A stretch of 64,000 nucleotides of DNA from Candidatus Auribacterota bacterium. Lineage in GTDB: Bacteria; Auribacterota; Tritonobacteria; UBA1439. Shown here in pieces: positions 9,058 through 19,438 of this stretch (position 1 is its first letter; every line of letters begins with the position of its first letter). The position numbers and the translations under genes were made by a program. The notes under the pieces were generated by a model that saw nothing but the letters and a program-made list of their open reading frames with translations, was not told the DNA's origin and made no database searches. The stretch is taken from assembly GCA_026392015.1 (NCBI GenBank), contig JAPLCW010000185.1:1546-65545 (forward strand). The letters run 5' to 3'.

Positions 9058-11559
9058 ATGAAATTATTTGCCAATAAATGGATCGCCGTGATCCTCACAC
9101 TACTCATCATCCTTACTGCTGTGATCATCCTTCACCTTTTTCTCATCGGCGGTATAGAGGCGCGTCTCGGTGGTTCCGTTCTGGGGACAGGGAAGGTCAA
9201 GCTCAGCATCCACAAGCTCGGCCGGCCGTTTTTCCTGTTCCTGGTTCTTCTCATACTTAAATTTATTCTCGCCCGGCCTGATCCCCTCCTGCATTTCAGG
9301 CGCTGGTTCGAACGCAACAGGCGGACCGTTGTGCTGGGACTCATGGTGCTGGTCGTTGCCTCAATCCCCCGTTTCTGCAATCTGGGAGGACACAGTGTTT
9401 CCGCCGATGAACTCCTGTGGATCGATAAAGGCAAAGAGATCATTGTACACTGGCGCGTCCATGAATTTAAGAGAGCGACGGCGAATCTCGCCCATCCCGG
9501 GATTGTGCCGGCGGCTCTTATCGGCGCGTCATATCTCTACCTGGGGAAAGATACATCTCCATTCTCGTTCAATCTTGCGGATCCCGTGATCGCGGCGCGC
9601 CTGCCGATGGCGTTTCTGGGCGCGCTGACCTGCCTCCTCTTGTACCTCCTCACGCGCGCCCCGGTTGGCGACACGGTATCTTTTGGAGCGGCCTTTTTCC
9701 TTGCCCTCTTCCCCGAACACATCGCGGCCTCCCGCGTCGCGCAGCTCGATGGAACGCTCTCTCTGTTCTTCATGCTTTCTCTCCTGTGCTACCTCAATTA
9801 CACAAACCGGATGCTCACCGGATGGAAAGTGGCATCTGCGATATTCTTCGCTCTCGCCATGCTCACCAAGGTTCCCGCACTGCTGATTCCGATTATCCTC
9901 GCCTTCTGGAAGGCCTGCGCGTGCCTCTATGAGCGTCGCGAAAAACTCCGATTCTGGGAGGCAAGCGATCTCGGCTGGCTTGGCATCGGCTTCGGTGGAT
10001 ATTTTCTGCTCTTTACGAAACTGTGGTACGAACCGTATGAGAGCGTCTGGAGCGGGTACACATATGTGTCTCCCCTCGCGGCTGTGCTCAACCGGATAGT
10101 TGACTCAATCGCCTGCTGGCCCTGGCTACAGGCGGCGGCCGGTCTTGCCGTGGTGTATGCGCTCATCCTCATGGCGAAAAGGGCCGCGCGGGGCAGCGGC
10201 CGGAGGATAGGGAGATCCGTTCCTGGATTCCTCACGGTGGTGCTATGTATTCTCCTTTGCCTCGCTTTCATCCAGGTTCTGAAAAAGCCGATCCTAAATG
10301 AAATTCGTCACCTCTCCGCGATGCAGCGGGTCGGCGATATGGGACACATCAAATACTGGATGGGCAGTGTCGTGTACGCCCCCCCGCGATGGTTTTATGC
10401 TTTCATGCTCTCGATACGCATGCAGCCGCTTATGCTCTTCTTCCTGGCTTTCGGCCTCGTCAGGTCGTGCGGCGTCGTGTGGCGGAGGGAGCGATCGTGG
10501 CAGGCATATCTGTTATTCCTCGCCGCATTCGCCATTTTTGCCGGGGTGATGAGCGGGGGGAACAAAATGGCAATACGGTATCTTACCCCCGTATTCCCGT
10601 TTGTGTGTCTCTTGTCGGGGGCAGGCTGTGCACATATTGCCGATTCCCTCGGCTCCCTCATTGCGCAGCGGGCGAATCCCGCAGGGATAGTTTTTGTTTT
10701 TTTGGCAGGTGTCTTGGCGGTCGGCGCTCTTGTTGTCCCGTTGCGAATCATCGCGCCGGATTATGATATCTACTGCAATTCTCTTGTCGGCGGGCCTGCG
10801 GGCGCCACCCGCTTCATCATGCCGGGCGGGGGAGTGGGGATACGGGAGGCAGTGGAGTTCATCAAGGCACACGCGAAAATGGAGGATGCGATCTTTGCCC
10901 TCGGGGTCCATGGGGAGGTTCGTTATTACTGGGAGCGTGCTGAGCCGCGCGATCCTTTCAGGGTACTCATCAATGACACGAAACCGCCCCACGTTGATTG
11001 GATCGTTATTCCGCTCACACAAAGATTGCGCTATCCTGATAACGCGATTATGAAGTTATCGAAGGCATTGCCTCCGGTGTATTCCGTGGTGCGATGCGGC
11101 GTTGACTTCATGGATGTCTACCGCGTGGAGGAGATGACCGCAACCGATGGGCGCCGCTACGAAGCGGAGGATCTCAAGTCCGATCTGGGGAAAGAGGTTG
11201 TCGATGATCGAGCCTTGAACGGCGGAGCGATCCGGGGAGAAGGGAACGGCCGGACGGGGATGCTCCTCTACGGGCCGTATGAGCGTTATGGTCCCGGACA
11301 GTGGAGGGCGGTATTCAGGCTGAGGGGGGGGCTCGCGCCGGGGGGGGAGCCGATCGCTCGCATCTTGGTGTCGGGTGTATCGGCGGATGATGTTCTGGCC
11401 TCGCGGGAGTTACGCCAGGGGGATTTTCAAACCGGCGATGAGTATCGCGATTTCTTGATTGATTTTTCCCTGGACCATGCCCGCCGGCTCCAGTTCTGTG
11501 TGTATTCAACGGGGACGGCGGATGTATGGGTGGACAGGGTGACGGTTGAGAGGCGATAG
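9058..11559 (+). CDS. ArnT/PMT-like GT-C glycosyltransferase with C-terminal beta-sandwich (CBM-like) domain
   Basis: SADELLW, HPG, LTKVPA motifs; soluble tail YEAE...LLYGPY..YGPGQWRAVFRL...VWVDRV. Confidence 0.8.
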   Translation: MKLFANKWIAVILTLLIILTAVIILHLFLIGGIEARLGGSVLGTGKVKLSIHKLGRPFFLFLVLLILKFILARPDPLLHFRRWFERNRRTVVLGLMVLVVASIPRFCNLGGHSVSADELLWIDKGKEIIVHWRVHEFKRATANLAHPGIVPAALIGASYLYLGKDTSPFSFNLADPVIAARLPMAFLGALTCLLLYLLTRAPVGDTVSFGAAFFLALFPEHIAASRVAQLDGTLSLFFMLSLLCYLNYTNRMLTGWKVASAIFFALAMLTKVPALLIPIILAFWKACACLYERREKLRFWEASDLGWLGIGFGGYFLLFTKLWYEPYESVWSGYTYVSPLAAVLNRIVDSIACWPWLQAAAGLAVVYALILMAKRAARGSGRRIGRSVPGFLTVVLCILLCLAFIQVLKKPILNEIRHLSAMQRVGDMGHIKYWMGSVVYAPPRWFYAFMLSIRMQPLMLFFLAFGLVRSCGVVWRRERSWQAYLLFLAAFAIFAGVMSGGNKMAIRYLTPVFPFVCLLSGAGCAHIADSLGSLIAQRANPAGIVFVFLAGVLAVGALVVPLRIIAPDYDIYCNSLVGGPAGATRFIMPGGGVGIREAVEFIKAHAKMEDAIFALGVHGEVRYYWERAEPRDPFRVLINDTKPPHVDWIVIPLTQRLRYPDNAIMKLSKALPPVYSVVRCGVDFMDVYRVEEMTATDGRRYEAEDLKSDLGKEVVDDRALNGGAIRGEGNGRTGMLLYGPYERYGPGQWRAVFRLRGGLAPGGEPIARILVSGVSADDVLASRELRQGDFQTGDEYRDFLIDFSLDHARRLQFCVYSTGTADVWVDRVTVERR

Positions 11560-11629
11560 AGTATGTGTTCCGGGATCCTGAGGTTCCTGGCCTGGATTAT
11601 TCACGAGGCGCCCGTATTAAAAGGGGCGT

Positions 11630-11844
11630 AACCACTGAGGGCATTGAATATACTGAATGTTTGGACGCAGATTTGCGCAGATGAACGCAGATCAACAAAA
11701 GAAGCAGCGTGAACCCTTGAAGTTTTCACCTCACACTGTCTTTGTATCTGCGCGTTCTGCGTTCATCTGCGTTCTGAATAGCGATTAGGATATCAATGGG
11801 ATGGTTTTTTGAACCGTTCAGTGTCCTCAGCGTCTTCAGTGGTT
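11630..11844. repeat. Nested AACCACTGAG / GGACGCAGAT palindromic elements
   Basis: Outer arms aaccactgag...cttcagtggtt enclose ggacgcagatttgcgcagatgaacgcagat...atctgcgcgttctgcgttcatctgcgtt. Confidence 0.75.
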
Positions 11845-11909
11845 AAAAGCGTGTAGTCTGTTGTGCTATTGGGCAGGTATGTCAGTTTTTAGTTGGTGAA
11901 TAGGTCAGG

Positions 11910-12062
11910 CTAGTGTCTTGTCTCAGAAATATCTCGCATATGTTTGTCATTGCGAGCGAAAGCGAAGCAATCCCAACTCGTTGTTATCAAATAGATTGCT
12001 TCGTCGCTTTGCTCCTCGCAATGACATGAGTAAGACGTGTTATTTCCGGGACACCACACTAG
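11910..12062. mobile_element. MITE with CTAG ends carrying a GTCATTGCGAG hairpin
   Basis: ctagtgtcttgtctcagaaata / tatttccgggacaccacactag (18/22 inverted match); internal gtcattgcgag...ctcgcaatgac. Confidence 0.75.
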
Positions 12063-12135
12063 GTTATAATATTTTTTAAATTCGTGAAATTCGTCCTATT
12101 CGTGGTTAAGAACCTCTTTTAACAGGGCAGGCGAA

Positions 12136-14274
12136 ATGCGCACCGTTGCTATTTGGATCTTCATCGTTCTCCTTCTTGTGTACCTTTATTGTCTCGCCCC
12201 CAACTGGGGGGCGATGACGCTCTTCAACACCTGGGATGGCCTCGAGTATGTAATCACTTCCTGTCTTCTCGGCATAGATCATCCTCCCGGCCATCCGTTC
12301 TACCTCCTCCTCTGCAAGCTTTTCTCCCTTCTTCCCACGAACGATCCTGCCTGGAATATAAACTTTCTGTCCGCGTTTTCCGGGGCAGCCGCGGTGATGG
12401 TTCTATTTATCGCGATCGTCGAGTTGCTGCGGCCGTTCGGTAAGGGGACCGGCAGCATCCTCACATCGCTTGCGGTGAGCCTGACGTTCGCATTTTCCTA
12501 TGTGTTCTGGAGCCATTGCGAGATTCCGGAGGTGCACACGCTCCAGCTCGCGCTTACCGGCGCCTGTGTCTGGGCGCTGCTGAAATGGCATAGAGGCGGA
12601 AGAGACGCCTGGCTCTATGCCGCGGCGCTCTTTCTCGCCGTCGGCATCGGTGTCAACATACTCGCTGATCTGGCGCTCCTGATCCCGGTGGCCATTCTGG
12701 TCATTTTCTCTCTCCGGTTGAAAAGGCGCCTCGCCCCAGGGGTGATTGCCGTGGCGATACTGTGCACCGGTTTTATCCCGTATATCTATTATCCGCTGCG
12801 CATCGCGCATGGTCCCTTCTACAGCCATCCGATGAACTATCTCGGCCCGTACGAGATGGGCACAGCCGCCTGGTATCGCTGGTATATCATGGGTAAGGCA
12901 TGGACCGGCGGCCAGATGTTTTTCCTCAATCGCGTGGCGGGAAACATACCGCTCTACCTGAGGTTTGGGTTCAGGGATCTAGGGCCCCCTCTCTTCATCC
13001 TCTCCCTCTTCGGTATTCTTCTCTCTCTGCGTGAATCAGTGGGCCTCTTCAGAGTTGTCGGGCCCGAGGACCGGGCATCGGCGGGGGAAAGGGCGGTTCT
13101 CCCCTTCCTCCTCCTGCTTTTTGCCTTTTCCCTCCTTCCGGAGATATCGATCCACGACCCGAGCAATCCGAGGGCCGTAAACTACCTCCAGAATTTCTTC
13201 CTCCCCTCGCTCTATCTTCTCTCCCTGCTCGGCGCATGGGGCGCGATGAGCCTGTACGGTGCAATCCGGTCGAAGGCGAAAGAGGGAGCCATGGTTCTCC
13301 TCGCGGTTCTTCTCGCAGTCCCCGTCTATCAGTGTTTTGCGAATGCCGGGTCCTGCGACCTAAGGGGGCAGGAGTGCGCCTACACGCTGTCGCTGAGGAC
13401 GCTCGAACAGATTCCGAGGGGATCGGTAATCGTCTCAAAACTCGTGTACGGGATGGTGGTGGAGTCTTTTACCAAAGTCGAGCACAGGATCCCGGCCGGC
13501 GATGTTTCCCTGCTCGACCCCGAGGTCGTGGCGAGGAGGCTCGCGAAGGAATCGCAGGCGAAGGATCTTTTTGACCGCAAGAACAAAGCGCTGCTGCATG
13601 ACGTGCAGCGGATTGTGGGGGAGGGGAGATCCGTTTTCCTTGCGGGGGATATTGTCGATGAGGACAAATCGCCGGAGAAACTCCTTCTCTCCGACCTGGA
13701 GCTCGAGCGGTGGAATGAGAAACTCTCTCCCTCTGAGTTGCGCCTCGTCTATCCTCGGGAACTCTACCTTTACCGCGTCACCGGTGTCAGGGCGGCCACT
13801 CCGGTTGAATCCCTCCCCGCGGGTCTTCAGAAGGGAAGCGCAAACGACGGGAAATTCGCCAACGGCGTTGAACTCCTTGGCTTTCTCCCGGCGGCGCCCG
13901 ACCGGAGGATCAGGGAGGATATCCTGAGCCTCGATCTCTTCTGGAAGGGTTCGAGGCGTGTCGGGGGGGATCTCTACATTGGAGTGATCTTCCTTGACGG
14001 CGCGATGAGACGCATCGGTGAAGCGTGCTGGCATACGCTCGGCGGTTCTTTCGGGGCGGCGTCCTGGAAGGAGGGAGAGCTTATCCGCGAGAAGGTGAAT
14101 ATCTTTCCCCCGCCGCTCCCTCCGGGAAGATACTTCATGGCGCTCGGGATAGTGGATGAGAAGGGCAGGGAAGTCAAGTATCTGCCCCCCGACTCTTCTA
14201 TTACGGGGCGCGCATTTGACTACGTGCTGCTCGCCCCATTTGAAATGGGAGCCATGCCGTACACGGAACAGTAA
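12136..14274 (+). CDS. DUF2723 / TMEM260-like GT-C protein
   Basis: WDGLEY...LGIDHPPGHPFY and WSHCEIPEVHTL motifs; C-terminal beta domain with WKEGELIRE. Confidence 0.8.
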   Translation: MRTVAIWIFIVLLLVYLYCLAPNWGAMTLFNTWDGLEYVITSCLLGIDHPPGHPFYLLLCKLFSLLPTNDPAWNINFLSAFSGAAAVMVLFIAIVELLRPFGKGTGSILTSLAVSLTFAFSYVFWSHCEIPEVHTLQLALTGACVWALLKWHRGGRDAWLYAAALFLAVGIGVNILADLALLIPVAILVIFSLRLKRRLAPGVIAVAILCTGFIPYIYYPLRIAHGPFYSHPMNYLGPYEMGTAAWYRWYIMGKAWTGGQMFFLNRVAGNIPLYLRFGFRDLGPPLFILSLFGILLSLRESVGLFRVVGPEDRASAGERAVLPFLLLLFAFSLLPEISIHDPSNPRAVNYLQNFFLPSLYLLSLLGAWGAMSLYGAIRSKAKEGAMVLLAVLLAVPVYQCFANAGSCDLRGQECAYTLSLRTLEQIPRGSVIVSKLVYGMVVESFTKVEHRIPAGDVSLLDPEVVARRLAKESQAKDLFDRKNKALLHDVQRIVGEGRSVFLAGDIVDEDKSPEKLLLSDLELERWNEKLSPSELRLVYPRELYLYRVTGVRAATPVESLPAGLQKGSANDGKFANGVELLGFLPAAPDRRIREDILSLDLFWKGSRRVGGDLYIGVIFLDGAMRRIGEACWHTLGGSFGAASWKEGELIREKVNIFPPPLPPGRYFMALGIVDEKGREVKYLPPDSSITGRAFDYVLLAPFEMGAMPYTEQ

Positions 14275-14277
14275 TCC

Positions 14278-16530
14278 ATGAAGTCTCCAGTGCAAGGGGA
14301 TTCGATCGCCCCCCTCACGCGGTTTTCCGCGTGGTGCAGCGTCACCTGTGTCTCTATCCTCCTGCTGCTCGTCCCCTTCGCCTGGTGGCCCAAAGATCTC
14401 TACGGCCTTATCAAATGGGTTGTGATAGACATCGCGGTGATTGTCGCGGTATCGGTCTGGCTCGCATCGTCTTTCTTTGAAGGGGTGTTCACCTTCCGCC
14501 GGAACGCTCTCAATCTCCCGCTCGCCCTCTTCATCTTCTGGTCCTCGCTCTCGCTGTGGATGGGCCCGGACCGCTACTACGTTGTGAAGAGGATGCATGA
14601 GCTGCTGCTCCTCGGCCTCCTCTACCTGTCCCTGACATTCTCGCTCACGACGCGCGGAAGGAGGATTTTCCTTTCCGCGGCCGCGCTCTCGGGGCTCACC
14701 GCGATTTCAGTCCTCGGGATCGCGCACTACTTCGGATTTTTTCCCGTCGAGAGTCCGTGGGGCGGGGGGCTCGGGAGGCGTGTGTACGCCACCATGCTCA
14801 ATCCGAACTTCCTCGCGGATTTTATCGTGGGTCTCTTCCCGCTCGCCCTCTGCTTTTTTATCTTCAGTTGCCGCCGAAAGGCCGTTGCCGCGCTCGCGGC
14901 GATCGTGATGCTCGTATCGTTTCTCTGCCTCCTGTTCACGGTGTCGTGGGGCGGACTGCTCGGATGGTCACTCTCCGTCGTTGTGTGTATTTCTCTCGCC
15001 TTCGGAAAGCGCAGGGAGCACGTGCAGGCGGAAAGGCTCGTTGCGATTCTCCTCGTTCTCGTACTGATGGGGGGAGTATTTCTCGCGATGAACAAGGGGA
15101 CCGTGGCTGCTGATTATTCCGGGATGAAGTACCGCGTGTTGTACTGGAGGGCGTCGCTCAGGATGATAGAGGAGAGGCCGCTTTTCGGTTTCGGGCTCAA
15201 CAGCTTCCAGCCCTATATCCCCAGGTACCTGACAGAGGTAATCTCCTCAGACATGAAGAGCGGGGTCTTCGATCGAAAAGGGTATGTCACCGTCTACGAA
15301 GGGGTGTACGCGCATGATGAGTACCTTGCGATCTGGATCGAGCTCGGCATCGTCGGTCTCCTCCTCTTCCTCTGGCTTGTCATCCGCTTCTATCTTCAGG
15401 CGCGCAGGAATCTCTCGATGGATCCATCTGAGGAGGAGATCGCGATTCAGGTGGGGGCTATGTGCGGCATCGCCGCGCTCCTCGCGCAGAGCATCTTCAA
15501 CTATCCGCTGCGCGTGCCCGCGTCGACCGTGAGCATCGCACTGCTTCTGGCATTTGTGGGTTCCGGTTCGTCGAGCCGCGCACGGAGTTTCCATCTCTCC
15601 ATGGTCCCGGGGAGCGTGAGGGGGATCCTCGCGCTTTTGCTGCTGTTGTGCGCGGCATTTCTCATTCCCCGTACGGCTCGACCGCTCATAGGCGAGAGAC
15701 TGTATGTGGAAGCCCGCTACGCCTCCTACAGGAAGGACTGGCCGGCGGTGCGGGAGCGGTGCCGCGCCGCGCTCGACTATCCGGTCACCGAGCCGGAGAT
15801 GTTCGATCTCCTGGGAGAGACCGAGGAGCGTCTCGGGTTGTTCGCAGACGCGATATGGGATTTTCAGCGAAAGCTCGATCTCAAACCGTTCGACTCGTAC
15901 GCACACCTGAAGCTCGGAGCCCTCTACGACCGGCTCGGCATGGAACGGCAGGCGGTATCGCACCTCGAGGAAGCGATCGCCCTGGAGCGGCATGATTCCG
16001 CGGAGGGGAGAGAACGTCTCGCGGAGATTTTGGGGCGGCATGGGCGGTGGGACGAAGCGGTGAGGCTGCTGAAGGAGGATCTTCCGCATCACGGGCGGGA
16101 GTGGATGCTGAGGAATTCACTGGGGATTGCCTATGCCGTTCGGGGCGACAGGGAATCTGCCGCGCGCGAGTTTCTCGCAGTAAAGGAACTGGGAGGGGGG
16201 GACGTCGCCGGGTATAATATGCGTGTGCTTCGGAGCCGGGCGGAGTCAAAGAATGGTCCTGGGCAAATGGAGTCATTACTCATCGGCCCATCAGGCAACG
16301 ACTGGGTCAACGCCCGGATCGAGCGGGGGCGCGAGGCCGTCCGGAGAGGAGCCTATGAGGTTGCGGGGCAGGACTTCCAGAGCGTCCTCGGCCGCTACCC
16401 GGACTATGTCCCCGCCATGTCGAATATGGGGATTTACTATTTGAAGACCGGACAGGCGGATCGGGCGACTGTGACATGGGATGCTGCGCGCCGTATCGAT
16501 CCGGGGTTCACAATCGAGATTCCTCGATGA
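14278..16530 (+). CDS. O-antigen ligase / O-oligosaccharyltransferase-like (Wzy_C) protein with C-terminal TPRs
   Basis: RVYATMLNPNFLA, RVLYWRASLRMI..RPLFGFG, AHDEYLAIWIELGIVG; TPR-like tail. Confidence 0.85.
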   Translation: MKSPVQGDSIAPLTRFSAWCSVTCVSILLLLVPFAWWPKDLYGLIKWVVIDIAVIVAVSVWLASSFFEGVFTFRRNALNLPLALFIFWSSLSLWMGPDRYYVVKRMHELLLLGLLYLSLTFSLTTRGRRIFLSAAALSGLTAISVLGIAHYFGFFPVESPWGGGLGRRVYATMLNPNFLADFIVGLFPLALCFFIFSCRRKAVAALAAIVMLVSFLCLLFTVSWGGLLGWSLSVVVCISLAFGKRREHVQAERLVAILLVLVLMGGVFLAMNKGTVAADYSGMKYRVLYWRASLRMIEERPLFGFGLNSFQPYIPRYLTEVISSDMKSGVFDRKGYVTVYEGVYAHDEYLAIWIELGIVGLLLFLWLVIRFYLQARRNLSMDPSEEEIAIQVGAMCGIAALLAQSIFNYPLRVPASTVSIALLLAFVGSGSSSRARSFHLSMVPGSVRGILALLLLLCAAFLIPRTARPLIGERLYVEARYASYRKDWPAVRERCRAALDYPVTEPEMFDLLGETEERLGLFADAIWDFQRKLDLKPFDSYAHLKLGALYDRLGMERQAVSHLEEAIALERHDSAEGRERLAEILGRHGRWDEAVRLLKEDLPHHGREWMLRNSLGIAYAVRGDRESAAREFLAVKELGGGDVAGYNMRVLRSRAESKNGPGQMESLLIGPSGNDWVNARIERGREAVRRGAYEVAGQDFQSVLGRYPDYVPAMSNMGIYYLKTGQADRATVTWDAARRIDPGFTIEIPR

Positions 16531-16551
16531 AATCAATTTAAGAACTAATCC

Positions 16552-16755
16552 GGACGCAGATTTGCGCAGATACACGCAGATTAATAACAGCAGCGAGGGA
16601 CTAGTAGTTAGGGATTAGGGAAAGTGGAACTGAAATGCGGTAGCTGGATATTAGTTGCCGGGTGCTAAGGATAATGTCCCAGAAATAGAGCATTCTCCCT
16701 AATACCTAACTACCAACCCCTAACTACTGAATGTAGTCTGCGTCCATCTGCGTCC
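16552..16755. repeat. GGACGCAGAT element enclosing a 7-nt periodic (tagggat/cctaact) element
   Basis: ggacgcagatttgcgcagatacacgcagat ... tctgcgtccatctgcgtcc with internal tagttagggattaggg / ccctaatacctaactacc arms. Confidence 0.7.
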
Positions 16756-16785
16756 TGTGGCTGGCATTTACTGGAGTTTCTAAGA

Positions 16786-18582
16786 ATGAATACGAACGCT
16801 GTACGCCAGGGCATTGCGTCCCTCACGATCATCGTGCTTATCGTCACCTTCTGTCTCAGTACATTCGACATCACCGAGCACGATTACTGGTGGCACCTGT
16901 CCACCGGAAAATATATACTCGCGCAGAGGACCGTCCCGCACATGGACGTGTTCTCCTACACCGCCACGCGGCCGTGGATCGCCCACTACTGGCTCGCCGA
17001 TGTGATCGGCTACGCGCTCTACAGTGTCGTGGGTACGCCGGGGATGATAGTTCTTAACGCCCTCGCGATCACCTTCTCGTTCTGGGTCGTGCTCAGGATC
17101 GCGCGCGCGGTCTCCGCACCTCCCCTCATTGCGGAATCAATCACGCTGCTCGCCGTCTATGCGAGCCGGAGCCGGTTCTATGTGCGGCCGGAGACGTTCT
17201 CTTTCCTCCTGATGGCGCTCTACCTCGCGATCTACTACAGATGGAAACGCTCCGGGGAGAGATGGCTGCTCCTTGTCTTCCCCTTTCTTCAGGTACTCTG
17301 GATCAATCTTTACGGGGGGGGATCCGTGATCGGTCTCCTCCTGCTCGCCTGCTTCAGCGCCGGCGAGATTATGAATCTCCTTCTCCCCCTCGGGAGGGAG
17401 ATGAGGAAGAAGAAGGGGGAGGTGTTCGGGCTGCTGCTCTCCGCGCTCGCCGCATTCGGACTCTCTTTCATCAACCCCAATACCTATCGCACCGTGTTCT
17501 ACTTTCTCATGAGCCGGGATCCGATATTCCGCCACATCGTCGAGTGGCGCCATATGGAGCTCAAGGAACTGCTCGGGATCCATGGGCTCCTATTGGGGCT
17601 CGGCGGAATTCTCCTGGTGCGTTTTGCAGGGTCGACCGATTTCGTGGAGCTCGCCCTCTTCGCGGTTTTCGCCGCCCTCTCCGTGGACGCGCCGCGCAGC
17701 CTCCCGTTCTTCGCCATTGTATCGGTGCCGATCGTCGCTTCCCGGGCCCGTCGCCTCCTGGAATTGTGGAGAGAGAGAGGGCGTGATGCGGGAAGGGTCC
17801 TTTGCCAGCGTTGGCTCCAGTGCATCTTCGTTCTCGTCGTCGTCGTATTCTCGTTCTGGTATATCGTCAAGGATATCGGGAAATTTCAGAGCGACTATAT
17901 TTTCGGATTTGGCGTCAACATGAAGCTCGTGCCGGTGGAGGCGGTGGATTTTATCGAGGAGAACGGGGTGCAGGGCCCGATATTCAACTCCTACGGCATC
18001 GGCGGCTATCTCATCTGGCGCCTCTATCCGCGGATGAAGGTGTTCGTGGACGGCAGGGTTGAAATGTACGGGACGGATTTCCTCAAAACATACATGCTCT
18101 ACTGGCAGCCTGACGTATGGGAGGGGTATGTGAAGAAATACGGCATCAACGCGGCGATCATCGACCGGGAGCCGAACTACACGACGCAGTATCTGGACGA
18201 GGGCGGCCAGTGGACCCTCGTTTTCTTCGATGACCGGGCGATGGTGTACCTGCGGAATGCGCCCCAGAACGCCGCTCTTATCAAAAAATACGGTTATAGA
18301 TACATTCGCCCCGCCGCCGGGAGGTTTGACTACCTCGACAGATACCTTTCGGATCCCGCATCCTCTCTCGCGGTCTTGGGGGAGCTCAAGAGAAGCCTGC
18401 ATGACGAAATATACAATCTCAACGTCCACCTGATGCTCGGCTACTGCTACGTGAAGATGGGCGCCCCGTACTTCCCATTGGCCCTCCACGAGTACGAGGC
18501 CGCGGCCCGGATCATGCCGGAGGGAAAGGATATACAGAAGAAAATCGAGTGGGTGGAGCAGCAGATGGGGAGAAGAAGCTGA
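16786..18582 (+). CDS. GT-C-like membrane protein (DxWWHL..G family) with C-terminal TPR
   Basis: DYWWHLSTGKYI, RPETFS, WINLYGG, GGYLIW...VFVDGR motifs. Confidence 0.75.
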   Translation: MNTNAVRQGIASLTIIVLIVTFCLSTFDITEHDYWWHLSTGKYILAQRTVPHMDVFSYTATRPWIAHYWLADVIGYALYSVVGTPGMIVLNALAITFSFWVVLRIARAVSAPPLIAESITLLAVYASRSRFYVRPETFSFLLMALYLAIYYRWKRSGERWLLLVFPFLQVLWINLYGGGSVIGLLLLACFSAGEIMNLLLPLGREMRKKKGEVFGLLLSALAAFGLSFINPNTYRTVFYFLMSRDPIFRHIVEWRHMELKELLGIHGLLLGLGGILLVRFAGSTDFVELALFAVFAALSVDAPRSLPFFAIVSVPIVASRARRLLELWRERGRDAGRVLCQRWLQCIFVLVVVVFSFWYIVKDIGKFQSDYIFGFGVNMKLVPVEAVDFIEENGVQGPIFNSYGIGGYLIWRLYPRMKVFVDGRVEMYGTDFLKTYMLYWQPDVWEGYVKKYGINAAIIDREPNYTTQYLDEGGQWTLVFFDDRAMVYLRNAPQNAALIKKYGYRYIRPAAGRFDYLDRYLSDPASSLAVLGELKRSLHDEIYNLNVHLMLGYCYVKMGAPYFPLALHEYEAAARIMPEGKDIQKKIEWVEQQMGRRS

Positions 18583-18829
18583 AAAGCTATCGAGCTATTT
18601 GAGGAGGCGATTGAGCGATTGGGCGATTAAGTGATAAAGTATCAAAGTAACAGAGCTCTCGGGCAATCGAGAGAAGGAGAAAATATAGCGATAGAGAAAA
18701 GAAAGCAATCGCTTTGACTTCAATCAGGGCAAGCCCACGATTGAGGGACAGAGATAATAGGTTTATGATGCTGTTTGTAAAATATCTCCCTCTCCCGCTT
18801 ATTGCGGGAGAGGGTGGGGGTGAGGGGAG

Positions 18830-19438
18830 ATGCGACGGATTATCAAAAGAGATTTTGCAAGAAAATTGCGTAAATACCAGTAATGCATCACGTAGGGGTG
18901 GTACATTGCTGAATATGTCATTCCTGCCCCCGTTTTCACGAGGGTAAACTCCAGCAGGAATCCAGGTTTCATACTGGATCCCCGCTCGAGTTTACACTGA
19001 GCGCAGTCGAAGTGCCGGGATGACAAGTAAAAGGGATACCACCCATAAGTGACCCATTACAAATACCAAACGGATGCTGAACGTTGCTTATGGATTTTAC
19101 TGCGCTCCCGAAGATTAGGGGGGTATAAATTCCGCAGACAGCATCCCATTGGCCCGTAGAGTGTAGATTTCTGCTGTAGTGAAATAGGATTGATTGTTGA
19201 ACTGGATGGCGGTCAACATATGTATTCTGTTGAAAAAGATACTCAGAGAGCGAGGTTTTTAGCCCGCCAAGGGTTCCATATCTTGCGATTCTGGGATAAT
19301 CAAATGCTTAAAGAGACAGAAGCTGTACTGGAAAGCATCTTGGCAAATCTGTCGAACCCTCACCCTGGCCCTCTCCCTATAGGAGAGAGGGGATCGGTTA
19401 AACCGCATTATTTCGTTATGTCTCAAAAAATATTATGA
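18830..19438 (+). pseudogene. DUF559 (Vsr-like) endonuclease pseudogene
   Basis: After removing the 18880-19060 insert it reads FARKLRKYQTDAERCLW..LRSRRLGGYKFRRQHPIGP*SVDF..LIVELDGGQH...LRFWDN; in-frame TAG at 19157; flanked by CCCTCTCCC..GGGAGAGGG palindromes (18788-18827, 19357-19391). Confidence 0.85.
18880..19060. mobile_element. 181-bp MITE, GTAATG...CATTAC ends, perfect 8-bp TSD
   Basis: AAATACCA duplicated at 18872-18879 and 19061-19068; internal gtcattcctgc...gcaggaatcca hairpins; homologue at 62251-62409. Confidence 0.9.

Noticed and set aside
19157-19159. TAG recoding (pyrrolysine or alternative code) in the DUF559 gene
   Set aside because: The gene is already broken by a MITE and TAG terminates many normal genes in the window.
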